Source: an uncultured delta proteobacterium
GTDB lineage: Bacteria > Myxococcota_A > Polyangia > Fen-1088
Direction of reading: 5' to 3'
Length of the DNA stretch: 64,000 bases
Assembly (NCBI GenBank): GCA_963755125.1
Contig: CAVWIP010000001.1
Location: 224,001-288,000, forward strand
Both the position numbers and the translations under genes were made by a program. The number at the start of each line of letters is the position of its first letter. The first letter of the stretch is position 1. Positions 39,044 through 52,058 of this stretch are shown one piece after another. The notes under the pieces are model-generated. The model saw only the letters and a list, made by a program, of their open reading frames with translations. It was not told the origin of the DNA and did not search any database.

Positions 39044-41917
39044 ACGCGAGTCGTAGGTTTCCACTGGTGGGCAGGAGCAGACGAATTGTCGGTCGCCCAG
39101 CACGTTGTTCAGTCGTCCCACCGACGGCCAGAACTTGCGGCCGCGCAGCCAGGGCAAGGGATAGGCGGCACGCTCGCGCGCGTAGGGATGGGTCCACTCA
39201 CCGGCCAGCAGCGACTCGGCCGTGTGGGGCGAGTTCTTGAGCAGGTTGTCCTCGCGCGACTGCGCGCCTGACTCGATCTCGCGGATCTCCTGCCGGATGG
39301 CGATCATGGCCTCGCAGAAGCGGTCCAATTCCGTGCGCGACTCGCTCTCGGTGGGCTCGATCATCAGGGTTCCCGCGATGGGGAAAGACATGGTCGGGGC
39401 ATGAAAGCCGTAGTCCATCAGGCGCTTGGCCACGTCCTCGGCCTCGATGCCGGCACTCTTCTTCAGCGGCCGCAGATCCACGATGCACTCGTGCGCCACG
39501 CGGCCGTTCTCTCCGCGGAACACCACGGGGTAGTGCGGCTGCAGGCGCTCGGCCACGTAGTTGGCGTTCAGGATGGCGAACTCGGTGGCGCGCTTGAGCC
39601 CGGCTGCGCCCATCAGGCGCGCGTAGGCCCACGCGATGAGCAGAATGTTGGCGCTGCCCCAGGGCGCGGCAGCCACGGCGCCGATGGCGTCGCGCCCACC
39701 CACCGGCACCACGGGATGGCCGGGCAGGAACTCGACCAGATGGCTGGCCACCGCGATGGGCCCCATACCCGGTCCGCCGCCGCCGTGAGGGCTGGCAAAG
39801 GTTTTGTGCAGATTGATGTGGCAGACATCGGCGCCAATCTCGGCCGGCCGACACAGCCCGACCTGGCCGTTCATGTTGGCGCCGTCCATGTACACTTGGC
39901 CGCCGTGCTCGTGGACGATCGCGCACAGGCGCTGGACGTTCTTCTCGAACACGCCATGGGTCGAGGGATAGGTGAGCATGAGCGCGGCGAGACGGTCGCT
40001 GTGCTCGGCAGCCTTGGCCGCGAGGTCCGCTTCGTCGACGTTGCCGCCGGCGTCGCAGGCGATCCCCACCACCTTGAACCCGGCCATGACTGCGGAGGCC
40101 GGGTTGGTGCCATGAGCGGACGCGGGAATCAAGCACACGTCGCGATGGCCCTGGCCGCGGCGGGTGTGATAGCGGCGAATGACCAGCAGGCCCGCGTACT
40201 CGCCCTGCGAGCCAGCATTGGGCTGCAGCGACACACCCCGAAAACCGGTGACCGCCGCCAGAACATGCTCCAGCTCGCGGAACACGGTGTGATAGCCCTC
40301 GGCCTGGTGGGCCGGCGCAAAGGGGTGCAGCCGGCCCCACTTGGGCCAGCTTATCGGCACCATCTCGGCCGTGCCGTTCAACTTCATGGTGCACGAGCCG
40401 AGCGGGATCATGGAGTGAGTCAGTGACAGGTCGCGCGCCTCCAGTCGCCGGATGTAGCGCAACATCTCGGTCTCGGAGTGGTACTGCGCAAAGACCGGGT
40501 GCTGCAGGTACGCGCTCTTGCGCAGGAGCGCGTCGGGAATGGGCGGCTCGACCTCCTTGGCCAGCGCCACGACGTCGGGAAGCCTGTGACCCGAGGGCGC
40601 CAGCACCGCCAGGATGTCGGCCACGTCGCTCTCGCTGGTGGTCTCGTCGAGCGAAATCGTGATGGCCGCTGGCCCCAGCGGCCGGAAGTTCATCCCCGCA
40701 GCCTCGGCGTGATCGTGCCAGGTCTTCACGTCAGCGGCCAGACCCTCCACCCGAACCGTGTCGAAGAACGGTCCCCGCCACACACGCAGACCGAGGCGCG
40801 CCAGACCCTCGGCCAGCACCGCGGTCAGGCACGCGACCCGCTCGGCGATGGCGCGAATTCCGGCCGGCCCGTGGTACACAGCGTACATGCTGGCCATCAC
40901 GGCGAGCAGGACCTGCGACGTGCAGATGTTGCTGGTGGCCTTCTCGCGCCGGATGTGTTGCTCGCGGGTCTGTAGGGCCATGCGCAGGGCGGTGCGGCCG
41001 TGAGTGTCGACCGACACGCCGATGAGCCGTCCGGGCATCCGGCGCACCAGTTCCTTGCGGGTCGCGAAGAACGCGGCGTGCGGGCCACCGTAGCCCAGCG
41101 GCGTGCCGAAGCGCTGCGTGCTTCCCAGGGCCACGTCCGCGCCGAATTCTCCCGGCGGCAGTAGCAGTGCCAGGCTGAGCAGGTCCGCGGCCACCGCCAC
41201 GCGCGCACCGGCCGCGTGCGCGCGCTCGCAGAAGGCGCGGTAGTCGACCACGCTGCCGTCGGTGGTGGGGTATTGCACCAGTGCCCCGAACACGCGGTTG
41301 TCGAAGGCGAAGCGCTCGTGGTTGCCCACCACCACCTCGATGCCGCGCGCCTCGGCGCGGGTCGCGACAACCGCCAGGGTCTGCGGGTGGCACAGCTCCG
41401 AGACGAAAAAAACATTGGCGTCGTCGCGCTCGGCCAGACCGGCAAACATGTGCATGGCCTCGGCCGCGGCTGTGCCTTCGTCCAGCAGGGACGCGCCCGC
41501 GACCTCCATGCCGGTCAGGTCCATTATCATGGTCTGGAAATTGAGCAGCGCCTCCAGCCGGCCCTGCGAGATCTCCGCCTGGTAAGGGGTGTACGCCGTG
41601 TACCAGCCGGGGTTTTCCAGGATGTTGCGCTTGATGACCGGCGGGACGATGCAGTCGTGGTAGCCCACGCCGATGAACGAACGAAACACTCGGTTGCGAC
41701 TGGCCAGCCGGCGGGCCTCGGTCAGAAGCTGGTTCTCGGAAAGCGGAGGCGGCAGGTCGAGCGGCGTGGACGAACGGATGGCGGCCGGGATGGTCTGGCT
41801 GACCAGCTCGTCGAGCGAGCGGGCGCCCACCACCTTGAGCATGGCGTGAAGGTCGGCGTCGTCGGGGCCGATGTGCCGTCGGGAGAAGGAATCCGTCCGA
41901 TCGATCGAGGAGGTCAT
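38927..41917 (-). CDS. gcvP: Glycine dehydrogenase (decarboxylating), single-chain P protein
   Basis: [47 protein letters not shown]. Confidence 0.97.
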   Translation of the reverse strand: MTSSIDRTDSFSRRHIGPDDADLHAMLKVVGARSLDELVSQTIPAAIRSSTPLDLPPPLSENQLLTEARRLASRNRVFRSFIGVGYHDCIVPPVIKRNILENPGWYTAYTPYQAEISQGRLEALLNFQTMIMDLTGMEVAGASLLDEGTAAAEAMHMFAGLAERDDANVFFVSELCHPQTLAVVATRAEARGIEVVVGNHERFAFDNRVFGALVQYPTTDGSVVDYRAFCERAHAAGARVAVAADLLSLALLLPPGEFGADVALGSTQRFGTPLGYGGPHAAFFATRKELVRRMPGRLIGVSVDTHGRTALRMALQTREQHIRREKATSNICTSQVLLAVMASMYAVYHGPAGIRAIAERVACLTAVLAEGLARLGLRVWRGPFFDTVRVEGLAADVKTWHDHAEAAGMNFRPLGPAAITISLDETTSESDVADILAVLAPSGHRLPDVVALAKEVEPPIPDALLRKSAYLQHPVFAQYHSETEMLRYIRRLEARDLSLTHSMIPLGSCTMKLNGTAEMVPISWPKWGRLHPFAPAHQAEGYHTVFRELEHVLAAVTGFRGVSLQPNAGSQGEYAGLLVIRRYHTRRGQGHRDVCLIPASAHGTNPASAVMAGFKVVGIACDAGGNVDEADLAAKAAEHSDRLAALMLTYPSTHGVFEKNVQRLCAIVHEHGGQVYMDGANMNGQVGLCRPAEIGADVCHINLHKTFASPHGGGGPGMGPIAVASHLVEFLPGHPVVPVGGRDAIGAVAAAPWGSANILLIAWAYARLMGAAGLKRATEFAILNANYVAERLQPHYPVVFRGENGRVAHECIVDLRPLKKSAGIEAEDVAKRLMDYGFHAPTMSFPIAGTLMIEPTESESRTELDRFCEAMIAIRQEIREIESGAQSREDNLLKNSPHTAESLLAGEWTHPYARERAAYPLPWLRGRKFWPSVGRLNNVLGDRQFVCSCPPVETYDSRGEPAGFAGRAPSREGLARPSEASGEVVAGGGRRAERTL

Positions 41918-41926
41918 TGGACGGGG

Positions 41927-42322
41927 CTAGCCTTCGTGTTCCTTGAGGAACTCCTCGTAGGCTGCGCTGTTCATCAGTCCCTTCAACTCGTCGGGGTTGG
42001 ACATCTCGATCTGGGCCATCCAGCCGCCGTCGTAGGGTTCTTCGTTGACGTATTCGGGGGAATCCTGCAGCGGGGAGTTGACCTTCACCACCTTGCCGGA
42101 TATCGGGGCGTAGACGTCGGAAACTGCCTTGACCGATTCCACGGACCCGCACACCTCGTGCGCCTTCAGCACTTCCCCCTCGCGCGGCAGATCCACCTGT
42201 GTCACATCGCCGAGTTGATCCACGGCGAACTGGGTGATGCCCACGGTGACCAGATTGCCTTCCTGGCGCGCCCACTCGTGGTCCTCGGTGTAGAGCAGGT
42301 CGTTGGGAACGTTTTCGCTCAT
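41927..42322 (-). CDS. gcvH: Glycine cleavage system H protein
   Basis: YTEDHEW, VESVKAVSD (lipoyl Lys), PYDGGW. Confidence 0.97.
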   Translation of the reverse strand: MSENVPNDLLYTEDHEWARQEGNLVTVGITQFAVDQLGDVTQVDLPREGEVLKAHEVCGSVESVKAVSDVYAPISGKVVKVNSPLQDSPEYVNEEPYDGGWMAQIEMSNPDELKGLMNSAAYEEFLKEHEG

Positions 42323-42361
42323 GTCGGTCGGTCTCCTTGGCTGGCGGGATTGTACTTCAGG

Positions 42362-43471
<1,110 letters not shown>

Positions 43472-43516
43472 CGCGGCGGGATCTTGGCGGAAAGCCTTCG
43501 CGGGGACAAGAGGATC

Positions 43517-43648
43517 CTGGGATTCGGAGTAGGGGGCAGGCGCGGGTGCGCCCGCCCGTGGGGCGACCTGCGGTCGCCCCGCACAAGCGGTGATACTACG
43601 TGACGCCGGCCAAAGATTGCACTTCCGGCCCCGTGCTCCGAATCCCAG
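43517..43648. mobile_element. MITE/REP-like element with 13-bp perfect terminal inverted repeats
   Basis: CTGGGATTCGGAG (43517-43529) and CTCCGAATCCCAG (43636-43648); internal hairpin GGGGCGACC-TGC-GGTCGCCCC. Confidence 0.55.
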
Positions 43649-43650
43649 AC

Positions 43651-45219
43651 CTACCGTTGTTCAAGCAACGTCGGATCTAGAAATCCCACCAGCAGCTCGA
43701 TGGCCTGGTCTTGCAGGGCGCGTGCTTCCACCGGCGAGCGCACGTCGTTCATCAGAAAGGAAAAGACGAGGGGTTTCTGCCCGGGCGCGCCGGCCACGCC
43801 TGACAGGCAGCTCACCTTGGCCAAGGTGCCGGTCTTGGCGCGCACGTAACGCTCGGCCGCGCTGCCGGCCATGCGGTTGGCCAGCGTGCCCTCGGCGCCG
43901 CTCACCGCGAGCGAGGCCAGGAATTCGCCGGAGATGCGGAAGTCGCGCATGGCCGAGCGGACGACCGTGGCGAGCTGTTCGGCGGAAAAACGATTGGAGT
44001 CGTACAGCCCGGAGCCATTGTGCATGGTGTACGTGGCTCTTGAAATGCCGATGCCTTCAAGGTAGCGCGCCACCGCATCCAGTCCCTTTTGCCAGGTGCC
44101 GGGCCGGCCCATGACTTCGCCGCCCAGGGTGCGCAGGATCTGCTCGGCAACGAAGTTGTTCGAGCGCTTGCCCAGTTCGTGCGCGACCACCGCCAAGGTG
44201 GGCGAGTCGTGGGTGGCCATGGTGCGCAGCCCGTCCTTGGGCGCGGCCGCCACGCGCATGGGCTTGTCGACGGTGATGCCGCGTTTCTGCAAGATCTGCT
44301 TGAAGGTCTGGCCGAGGAAGAGATCCGGCTGGACGATCCGGCGCAGCACGATGCGCGGCTCGCTGCCCAGGCGGATGCGGCCCGACACGGTCACGCGGGT
44401 TTGACCGTTGCCCGCGTCGCTGGTTTGCACGACGGGCGCAGCCGGCCCCTTGGCTGCGGTCGTCACCCGGCCGGTCAACACCAGATTGGACGACGGCGGG
44501 TCCAGGACCACGCGGGCTGCTGCACCGGCGCTGGGTCCGGGCGTGATGATCACCGAGACGGTGTTCCCGTTCAGCGACGCAGCCGACGAAGGCGCGCGAA
44601 ACGCGGCCGAGTCGTCCTTCTCATCATAGGACGGCCCGACCGTGGCGCTGTCAAAGGCCGTGGCGTCGATCACCAGGGCACCGCGAACATTGCGCAGGCC
44701 GATGGCATTGAGCCCGCTGGCCAGCTCGGCCAGATCTTGCGTGGTGAGGGTCGGATCGCCGGAGGCGCGCAGATACAGATCCCCTTGCAACTCGCCGGCG
44801 GGGTTGACCGCGCGGCCACCCTCGGCCGGTGCCAGGCCGAGTACGGCCGTCTTCCAGCGAAACTCGGGACCCAGCAGAGCGAGCGCTGCCGCACTGGTCA
44901 CCAGTTTCACATTGGAAGCGGCGTTCAGCCCGGTCCTTTCGTTGCGGGCGTAGATGGGTTTGCCGCTCTCTGCATCGACGACCATCACCGAGACCTTGGC
45001 CCCGGCCAGGGCAGGGGAGGCGAAGACCGCATCCAGCCGCGCTTTGAGCCACGCCGGTCGTTCCGACGGGTTGGCCGGCGGTGGCACCGAAGACAGTGGC
45101 ACCGGCGCTGCGGGTGGCGTCGCAGCGCCGCTGTCGTTGGTCGGCTGCGCCGGCTGTGCGGCGACAGTTTGGGGGCCGAGGCAGAGAACCCAGATCAGCG
45201 AGAGGGCATGGCGCAACAT
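43651..45219 (-). CDS. dacB: D-Ala-D-Ala carboxypeptidase/endopeptidase (PBP4, peptidase S13)
   Basis: ASNVK (SxxK), GDP, SNN, GSGL, AKTGTL. Confidence 0.93.
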   Translation of the reverse strand: MLRHALSLIWVLCLGPQTVAAQPAQPTNDSGAATPPAAPVPLSSVPPPANPSERPAWLKARLDAVFASPALAGAKVSVMVVDAESGKPIYARNERTGLNAASNVKLVTSAAALALLGPEFRWKTAVLGLAPAEGGRAVNPAGELQGDLYLRASGDPTLTTQDLAELASGLNAIGLRNVRGALVIDATAFDSATVGPSYDEKDDSAAFRAPSSAASLNGNTVSVIITPGPSAGAAARVVLDPPSSNLVLTGRVTTAAKGPAAPVVQTSDAGNGQTRVTVSGRIRLGSEPRIVLRRIVQPDLFLGQTFKQILQKRGITVDKPMRVAAAPKDGLRTMATHDSPTLAVVAHELGKRSNNFVAEQILRTLGGEVMGRPGTWQKGLDAVARYLEGIGISRATYTMHNGSGLYDSNRFSAEQLATVVRSAMRDFRISGEFLASLAVSGAEGTLANRMAGSAAERYVRAKTGTLAKVSCLSGVAGAPGQKPLVFSFLMNDVRSPVEARALQDQAIELLVGFLDPTLLEQR

Positions 45220-45382
45220 TGGATCTTGCTCGCCGGTCTACCGTGAAGGGGACGGGGTCTGCAACCCAAGGAACGACGGTTGAGGAGATACAACGCCGAG
45301 CGCGACGAAGCCGTTACCTGGCTGCACAGCACATTGTCACGCCTTGCGCGGCAAAAGCATACGGTGGCGTTCGACGGCCACC

Positions 45383-45417
45383 CCAACTTGAGATCACAGA
45401 TTGTGATTTCAAGTTGG
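45383..45417. repeat. 16-bp arm inverted repeat CCAACTTGAGATCACA-GAT-TGTGATTTCAAGTTGG
   Basis: Seen directly, one mismatch; lies between the 3' end of the 45443 gene and the dacB start. Confidence 0.75.
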
Positions 45418-45442
45418 CGGCTTCGACAGACGACCGACAGAA

Positions 45443-46195
45443 TCAGTCTGTCGCGCCGTCGGCCGCCCCGTCGTCAGTCGCGCCGGCGTCCACTCCTCCG
45501 TCGGTCGCTGCACTGCCGGCGCAGGGCGCGAGGGTCCAGGTGCCGTAGTCGCCGTTGCCCTGGCTGTCGACGCCCGTGCCCCAATTGTTGCCACCGTCGG
45601 CATTCACGTTCCCGCTGAACAGCCCGCCGCCGCTCTGACACACGAGCGTTTCGTTGGCATCCATGCTTCCGAACCAGGAGAAGCCGGGAGTGACACAAAT
45701 CGCGGCGCCCGAGTGTGTGACGGTGACGCCGAACGGGAACGGGGTGGAGGGAACGGTCGCGGTGCTGGATGTGTCGACGAAGCTGCCGCAGAAAAGGCTG
45801 ATCGGGTCACTGCTGGCGGAGTCCAGAAACAGGGCAAAGCTGCCCGAGTCCTGGGCACTGTGGGCGTAGCTGCCGAAGACGTACGCGGGGCGGGACACGC
45901 CGGCTAGCTGGTAGCCATCGGTCGACGAAAGCGAGAGGCTGGCACTGGACCGGTCCAGCGTGCCGGACAGGGACACCTCCGTGCTGCCAAGCGCGATGGT
46001 TCCGCTTGCGGGCAGCGGGCCGCTGGACGCCTCCGCCACCGCAACCTCCAAGATTCCAATCTGGGAAATGCCGACGATGATGCCGCGGTAGGTTCCAGCC
46101 CCGCCTGAAGGCGGCTTGCTGGCACAGGACAGCGACGCGAGTGCGACGGTGGCGCACGCGAAGCTGCGGAGGGCGGGAGCGAGGTGGACCAACAT
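45443..46195 (-). CDS. Hypothetical lipoprotein
   Basis: LSC lipobox after a hydrophobic stretch; AAGGAG RBS; Gly/Ser-rich, beta-strand-like sequence. Confidence 0.6.
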   Translation of the reverse strand: MLVHLAPALRSFACATVALASLSCASKPPSGGAGTYRGIIVGISQIGILEVAVAEASSGPLPASGTIALGSTEVSLSGTLDRSSASLSLSSTDGYQLAGVSRPAYVFGSYAHSAQDSGSFALFLDSASSDPISLFCGSFVDTSSTATVPSTPFPFGVTVTHSGAAICVTPGFSWFGSMDANETLVCQSGGGLFSGNVNADGGNNWGTGVDSQGNGDYGTWTLAPCAGSAATDGGVDAGATDDGAADGATD

Positions 46196-46254
46196 GAAAG
46201 AGACTCCTTGCACGAGGTTGTCTCAGGCTAGCAGGCGCTGGCCGAAATGCCTCA

Positions 46255-47497
46255 TCAAGCAGGACCATCTGCCCGGGCCGCAACTTCCCGCACCCGCTGG
46301 AGCACGGCGTGGGCGTTCATCACACGGGCATAGACGTAAAGCGCGGCCGGCAATTCCTCGTCGAGCGCCGCCTCGCTGACGCGCAGGTGCTTGCTCGCGG
46401 CAAACACCACAGCCTCGGCCAGCCCCTTGCGCGCGAGTTCGATGCGTTTCCAGACCGCGTCGCGGCTCCAGAAACCAAGCACCTCCAAATATACAGTCTG
46501 CCCAGTCTGCTGGTGCACGAACTCTAGATCGGGCACACACTGGCCGACGCCGGGGAGATCGAGAATCGCGTGGCTGGGGGCCGGCCGCCAGGGGCCGGGC
46601 AGGGCAGCCAGCTCCTGGAGGAGCGCGGCCACCTCGTCGGGAAGCTGCTCGACCGTGTCTTTGCGATCGGGCGCGGCATTCTCGTCGGGAAATTGCCCTG
46701 GCGCGGGACCTCGCAGGGCATAGCGCAGCGGCCGCCGCTCCCGGCCCCAGCGCAAGTCAGCCTCGATGGCCCAGCGGTCGCAGGCCATCAGCGCCGGCAA
46801 GGCCAGCGCGAGGTGAAGCCCGTACTTGGTCACCGACTCGAACAGGCTGTAGGGGCCGTCGATGTGCAGGCAATAGCCCGCGTTCTTGGGTAGCCGTTCG
46901 ATGCGATAGAGCAGACGGAGAAACTTGAGCTTGTGGAAGAGGTGGCGATAGCCGATCGGCGCCGCGCTCCACACCGTGGCGCGCACGCTCAGAGCGCGCA
47001 GCAGGACCGCCTGGAGTTGCGCAAGTTGGTGCTCGGCCAGCAGGGCCTCGGGCGAAAGCAGGCGCGCCTCGCGGAGGATATGGGCGTCGGCCAGGTCGGC
47101 AAACAAAGCGCGCTCGATGGCGTCGCTGGACACGCGGCGTTCGGCCGCCGTTCCAGCCAGAATGGCCGCGCGATCGAAGACCGCGTGCTCGGCCTGGCGG
47201 CGCGCGCTGGCCGCGCTGGTGAACAGGGCGCGCCGCAACTCCACGGGCTCCAGAGTCGCGTCCTCCTCGAATTCGCAGCGGTCGAGTGCCAGTTTCAGCA
47301 GGCCGCGAGCCAGTCGCTGCTCGCGCGGCTCCACGTCGACGGCGCGGCAGGCGTCCAGCAGGGCTCCACGAGTTTGCCCGACGTGACCGCGCGCCAGGTC
47401 GAGATAGGCGGTGGCCAGTTCCAGCGCGCGCGGACGTTCCTCATCGGAAACCGGCACCACGACCAGCCGGTCGCCGCGCCGGCGCACGTGTACCATG

Positions 47498-47511
<14 letters not shown>
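46255..47511 (-). CDS. DUF790 family (Bax1-like) nuclease
   Basis: MLTAD.., LFADL, IDGPYSLF..KYG, PDLEF..YLEVLGFW. Confidence 0.87.
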
Positions 47512-48931
<1,420 letters not shown>

Positions 48932-48940
48932 GGCTGGCCG

Positions 48941-49363
48941 TCACAGCAACTCGTCGATCTTCTCGCACACATATTCTACATAGCCCCGGCATTGCGCGTG
49001 CACCCGCTGGCGATAAATTCCGTAGGCGGTCGGTTCAGTGAAATCCAGGCCGGTGAGGGCAAAGCAGTTGTCGCTGCCGAAGCGGGCGCGAAAGCCGTCG
49101 ACCAGCGCCTGCACCTTGCTGACCAGGACTTCGCGATCATCGCCAAGCTTGTCGCGGCCAAAGGCCGCGCTGAGCACCAGCACACCGCCGGTCAGCGCCC
49201 CGCACACGGACTTGGTGCGGCTGAGCCCGCCGCCAAACCCGGTGGCGATGCGCGGAATCAGGTCACTCTGCCGGCCGAGACGCTTCATTCCGGCGATGGC
49301 CACGGCCTCGGCGCAACTCAGGCCCGAGTCGAAGACTTCAAGTGCCAGTTTCGTGGTCGACAT
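48941..49363 (-). CDS. C_GCAxxG_C_C family putative redox protein
   Basis: SCAEAV, GFGGG..VCGALTGG, NC..LTG, C..YV. Confidence 0.85.
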   Translation of the reverse strand: MSTTKLALEVFDSGLSCAEAVAIAGMKRLGRQSDLIPRIATGFGGGLSRTKSVCGALTGGVLVLSAAFGRDKLGDDREVLVSKVQALVDGFRARFGSDNCFALTGLDFTEPTAYGIYRQRVHAQCRGYVEYVCEKIDELL

Positions 49364-49446
49364 ACGCCGATGCTAGCACTGCCATGCGAGCGGGCGGGCA
49401 ATTCTGCTGGGCGCAGCGTGCGGTCTGTGATGACATGGCTTTTCGT

Positions 49447-50949
49447 ATGCGCGCAAAGGTCATCGTCGCCGCAACGCTGCTCCTGGGCCTGGTGGCCTGG
49501 GACTTTGCTGCCGCCACCACCTTCGTGGGCGATGATTACCTGTTCCTCGCGTTCGCACGGCTGGAAGCCAATCCGCTCCTGGCCTTCGTACGCGACATGC
49601 ACGGCGGCGAATACTACCGGCCCGCGCCCATGCTGCTGTGGTGGCTGCTCGATCGAGCGGGGCAGGGGGCGACATGGCCATTTGCCATGGCGGCGTTTCT
49701 TTTGCACGCGGGCAGTGCGGCCCTAGTCGTGGCGCTCGGCCGCGGGGTCGGGTTCACGCTCCGGGTTGCGCTGGCCGCGGGCGCGCTGTTCTTGGTGGCG
49801 CCGGCCCAACGCGAGGCCGCGCTGTGGTTTGCGGCCAGCACCGATCTGCTCGCCACGCTGGCAACCCTGGCCGCGCTGGTCTGCCTTCTGCGCCAGAGGC
49901 GAGGCTGGCAAGCGGCGTCGGTGGCCATGGCTGCACTGGCGTACTTCTCGAAGGAGACGGCGCTGGTGCTGCCGTTGCTCGCGGTGGCGGCAAAGTGGAC
50001 GGCTGCATCTCGGCAGCCGCCCGTCGCTGAGAACACATGGAGGAGAAGGGAGGGCACAGAGTTTCTTCGGACATGCGTCGTGCCCGTGCTTCCTCATGTG
50101 GGTGTCGCGGGTGGGTACCTGATCATTCGCTTCTCGGTGCTGCAGGGGCTGGGTGGCACCAATAATCCGGTCGCGCCGTGGTGGGGACGAGGCCTGCAGA
50201 TCGTTGGGGGCTTGGTTCATGCGGTGGCGGGCTACGCGCCATTGCCCGAGGCCGTGGCATGGCTGCTGGGCGGCGGGCTGCTGCTGGTCGCCGGAGTGTT
50301 CGCGGTGCGCGCCCGCGCATGGTTTTCCGTGCTTTGGACGCTGCTGGCGCTGCTGCCGCTGCCAGCCGCCGGTTGGGTGGTGGGCGCGCGCTACTTCTAC
50401 CTGCCTGCGGTCGGGCTCATGTTCATGCTGGCATTGGCCGCCGACGCGTGCGGGGCGGTGGTCATTGTTGTCATCAGCCTGCTGGCGGCGGTCGGTCTAG
50501 GCTCGACAGCCACCCGCATGGGTGAAGTCTGTCACTACCGTGCGGTTCTGGCTGCAGCCCGCGACGCCGTCGAAAGGGGCGCGCACGAGGGGCACACCAT
50601 CTTCCTGGTGCGAAACGCGGTGAAGGATCTGGACCTTGCGATCAAGCTCACCACGCCAGCGGAACTCTTGCCTCGGCCGCTGCTGGTGATTCCCGACATG
50701 CCCGCCTCGTTCGTCTGGATGCCGGAGGCGCTTGCCGACCGCGCGCGCTTTCTGCTCGCCAGGCCGCCCTTGCCGCCTGCCGGTGAGTACTGCTTCGGTG
50801 GCCAGCACATCGTCGGCCTGGCCCGCCGCGAGGAGGCCCCGGACCTCGACGAGGTGCTCGCCCGGCTGCCCGAACTTCGTTTCATCCAACTGGTCACGGA
50901 CGGCCGCGGCCAGGTAACCGGACAAGACCGAACCGATTTGCGCCGGTGA
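49447..50949 (+). CDS. Integral membrane protein, GT-C glycosyltransferase-like
   Basis: TM1 then FVGDDY, YYRP, EAALW, SKETA, RYFYLP; start uncertain. Confidence 0.65.
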   Translation: MRAKVIVAATLLLGLVAWDFAAATTFVGDDYLFLAFARLEANPLLAFVRDMHGGEYYRPAPMLLWWLLDRAGQGATWPFAMAAFLLHAGSAALVVALGRGVGFTLRVALAAGALFLVAPAQREAALWFAASTDLLATLATLAALVCLLRQRRGWQAASVAMAALAYFSKETALVLPLLAVAAKWTAASRQPPVAENTWRRREGTEFLRTCVVPVLPHVGVAGGYLIIRFSVLQGLGGTNNPVAPWWGRGLQIVGGLVHAVAGYAPLPEAVAWLLGGGLLLVAGVFAVRARAWFSVLWTLLALLPLPAAGWVVGARYFYLPAVGLMFMLALAADACGAVVIVVISLLAAVGLGSTATRMGEVCHYRAVLAAARDAVERGAHEGHTIFLVRNAVKDLDLAIKLTTPAELLPRPLLVIPDMPASFVWMPEALADRARFLLARPPLPPAGEYCFGGQHIVGLARREEAPDLDEVLARLPELRFIQLVTDGRGQVTGQDRTDLRR

Positions 50950-51033
50950 GTGTGCGCGCACGCCAGATTTCGAGATCTGGCCGCGCGCGACGGGCTGGCG
51001 TAGCATCAGGATCCGGGAGAGAAGAGCAACGTC

Positions 51034-51915
51034 ATGGCAAAGACAAGTCAGAATCATTTGGAGCTGATCAAGGTCGCGGTTTCATTGGCCCAGAAGCGAA
51101 CCTTCGATCACCTGCTGTATGTGGGCGACATCCCGCTGCCCGAGGAAGTTTTTCGCGGCAAGCCGCGGGCGCGCAAGAAACTGGTGCAGGCGGTGGTCAG
51201 CGAGGCCCAGCGCGCGGTGGTCGAGGCCACGGGCGTTCCCGTAATCCCGCTGCCGCAGTACGATTTGGGGCGGCCCGAGAAGCTGAAGCTGGCCCTGGTC
51301 AGCGGTATCGCGCGCGGGATTTATGCCGAGGGTGACGTGGTGGTGGCGCTGCTGTCGGCGCGTCCAGTGGGCAAGCCCGACTCCATCCTGGTGGTCAACG
51401 TGGGCCCGGACGAGGAAGACGTGGGCTTCGGCTTCTTGCGCACCGAAGGCGTGCAGCCCGAGATCCTGGAGGCGCTTATCGACCTGGCGGTCACCATCGG
51501 TGTGGAGGGCTGGGAGGGCCGGCCAGTGGGGGCGCTGTTCGTGATCGGCGACTCCAACAAAGTCATGGAGCAATCGCGGGTGCTCAGCCTCAACCCATTC
51601 CAGGGCTATTCTGAAGACGAGCGCAACATGCTGAGCCCGGAAGTGCGCCGTGCCCTGCGCGCCTTTGCCGTGCTCGACGGCGGCTTCGTCCTGCGCGAGG
51701 ACGGCGTGGTGCTGGCCGCAGGCCGCTACCTCAATTTTGACGAGAAAGATGTGCGCGTGCCGCTGGGCCTGGGCTCGCGCCATATGGCCGCCGCCGGTAT
51801 CACGCACGAGACCGAGGCCATTGCCGTGGTGGTCTCGCAGACTTCCGGGGCCGTGCGCGTCTTCCGCCACGGCCGCGCCGTGCTCGAGCTGTCGTCGAGA
51901 ATCCGGCGATCGTAG
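51034..51915 (+). CDS. Diadenylate cyclase, DacZ-like (DisA_N domain with N-terminal domain)
   Basis: EG.EGRPVGALFVIGD, NPFQG, LDGG, GLGSRHMAAAGIT, VSQTSG.VRVF. Confidence 0.82.
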   Translation: MAKTSQNHLELIKVAVSLAQKRTFDHLLYVGDIPLPEEVFRGKPRARKKLVQAVVSEAQRAVVEATGVPVIPLPQYDLGRPEKLKLALVSGIARGIYAEGDVVVALLSARPVGKPDSILVVNVGPDEEDVGFGFLRTEGVQPEILEALIDLAVTIGVEGWEGRPVGALFVIGDSNKVMEQSRVLSLNPFQGYSEDERNMLSPEVRRALRAFAVLDGGFVLREDGVVLAAGRYLNFDEKDVRVPLGLGSRHMAAAGITHETEAIAVVVSQTSGAVRVFRHGRAVLELSSRIRRS

Positions 51916-52058
51916 ATCCGCCGGCCAACAATGCCCGCCAGCGAGCCACCTGAAGTGGGCGAACGGAGCTTGCAGCCGTCAGTCGCACGCCGAGCGTGCC
52001 GAAGTAAGCTGAGTGTTGCCCCGCGATTTGAGCCTCCCTATATTGCCGGGGCAGTGTC

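Noticed and set aside
43472..43650. Glycine riboswitch upstream of gcvT
   Set aside because: No GGAGA..CCGAAG..CTCTCAGG aptamer motifs are visible.
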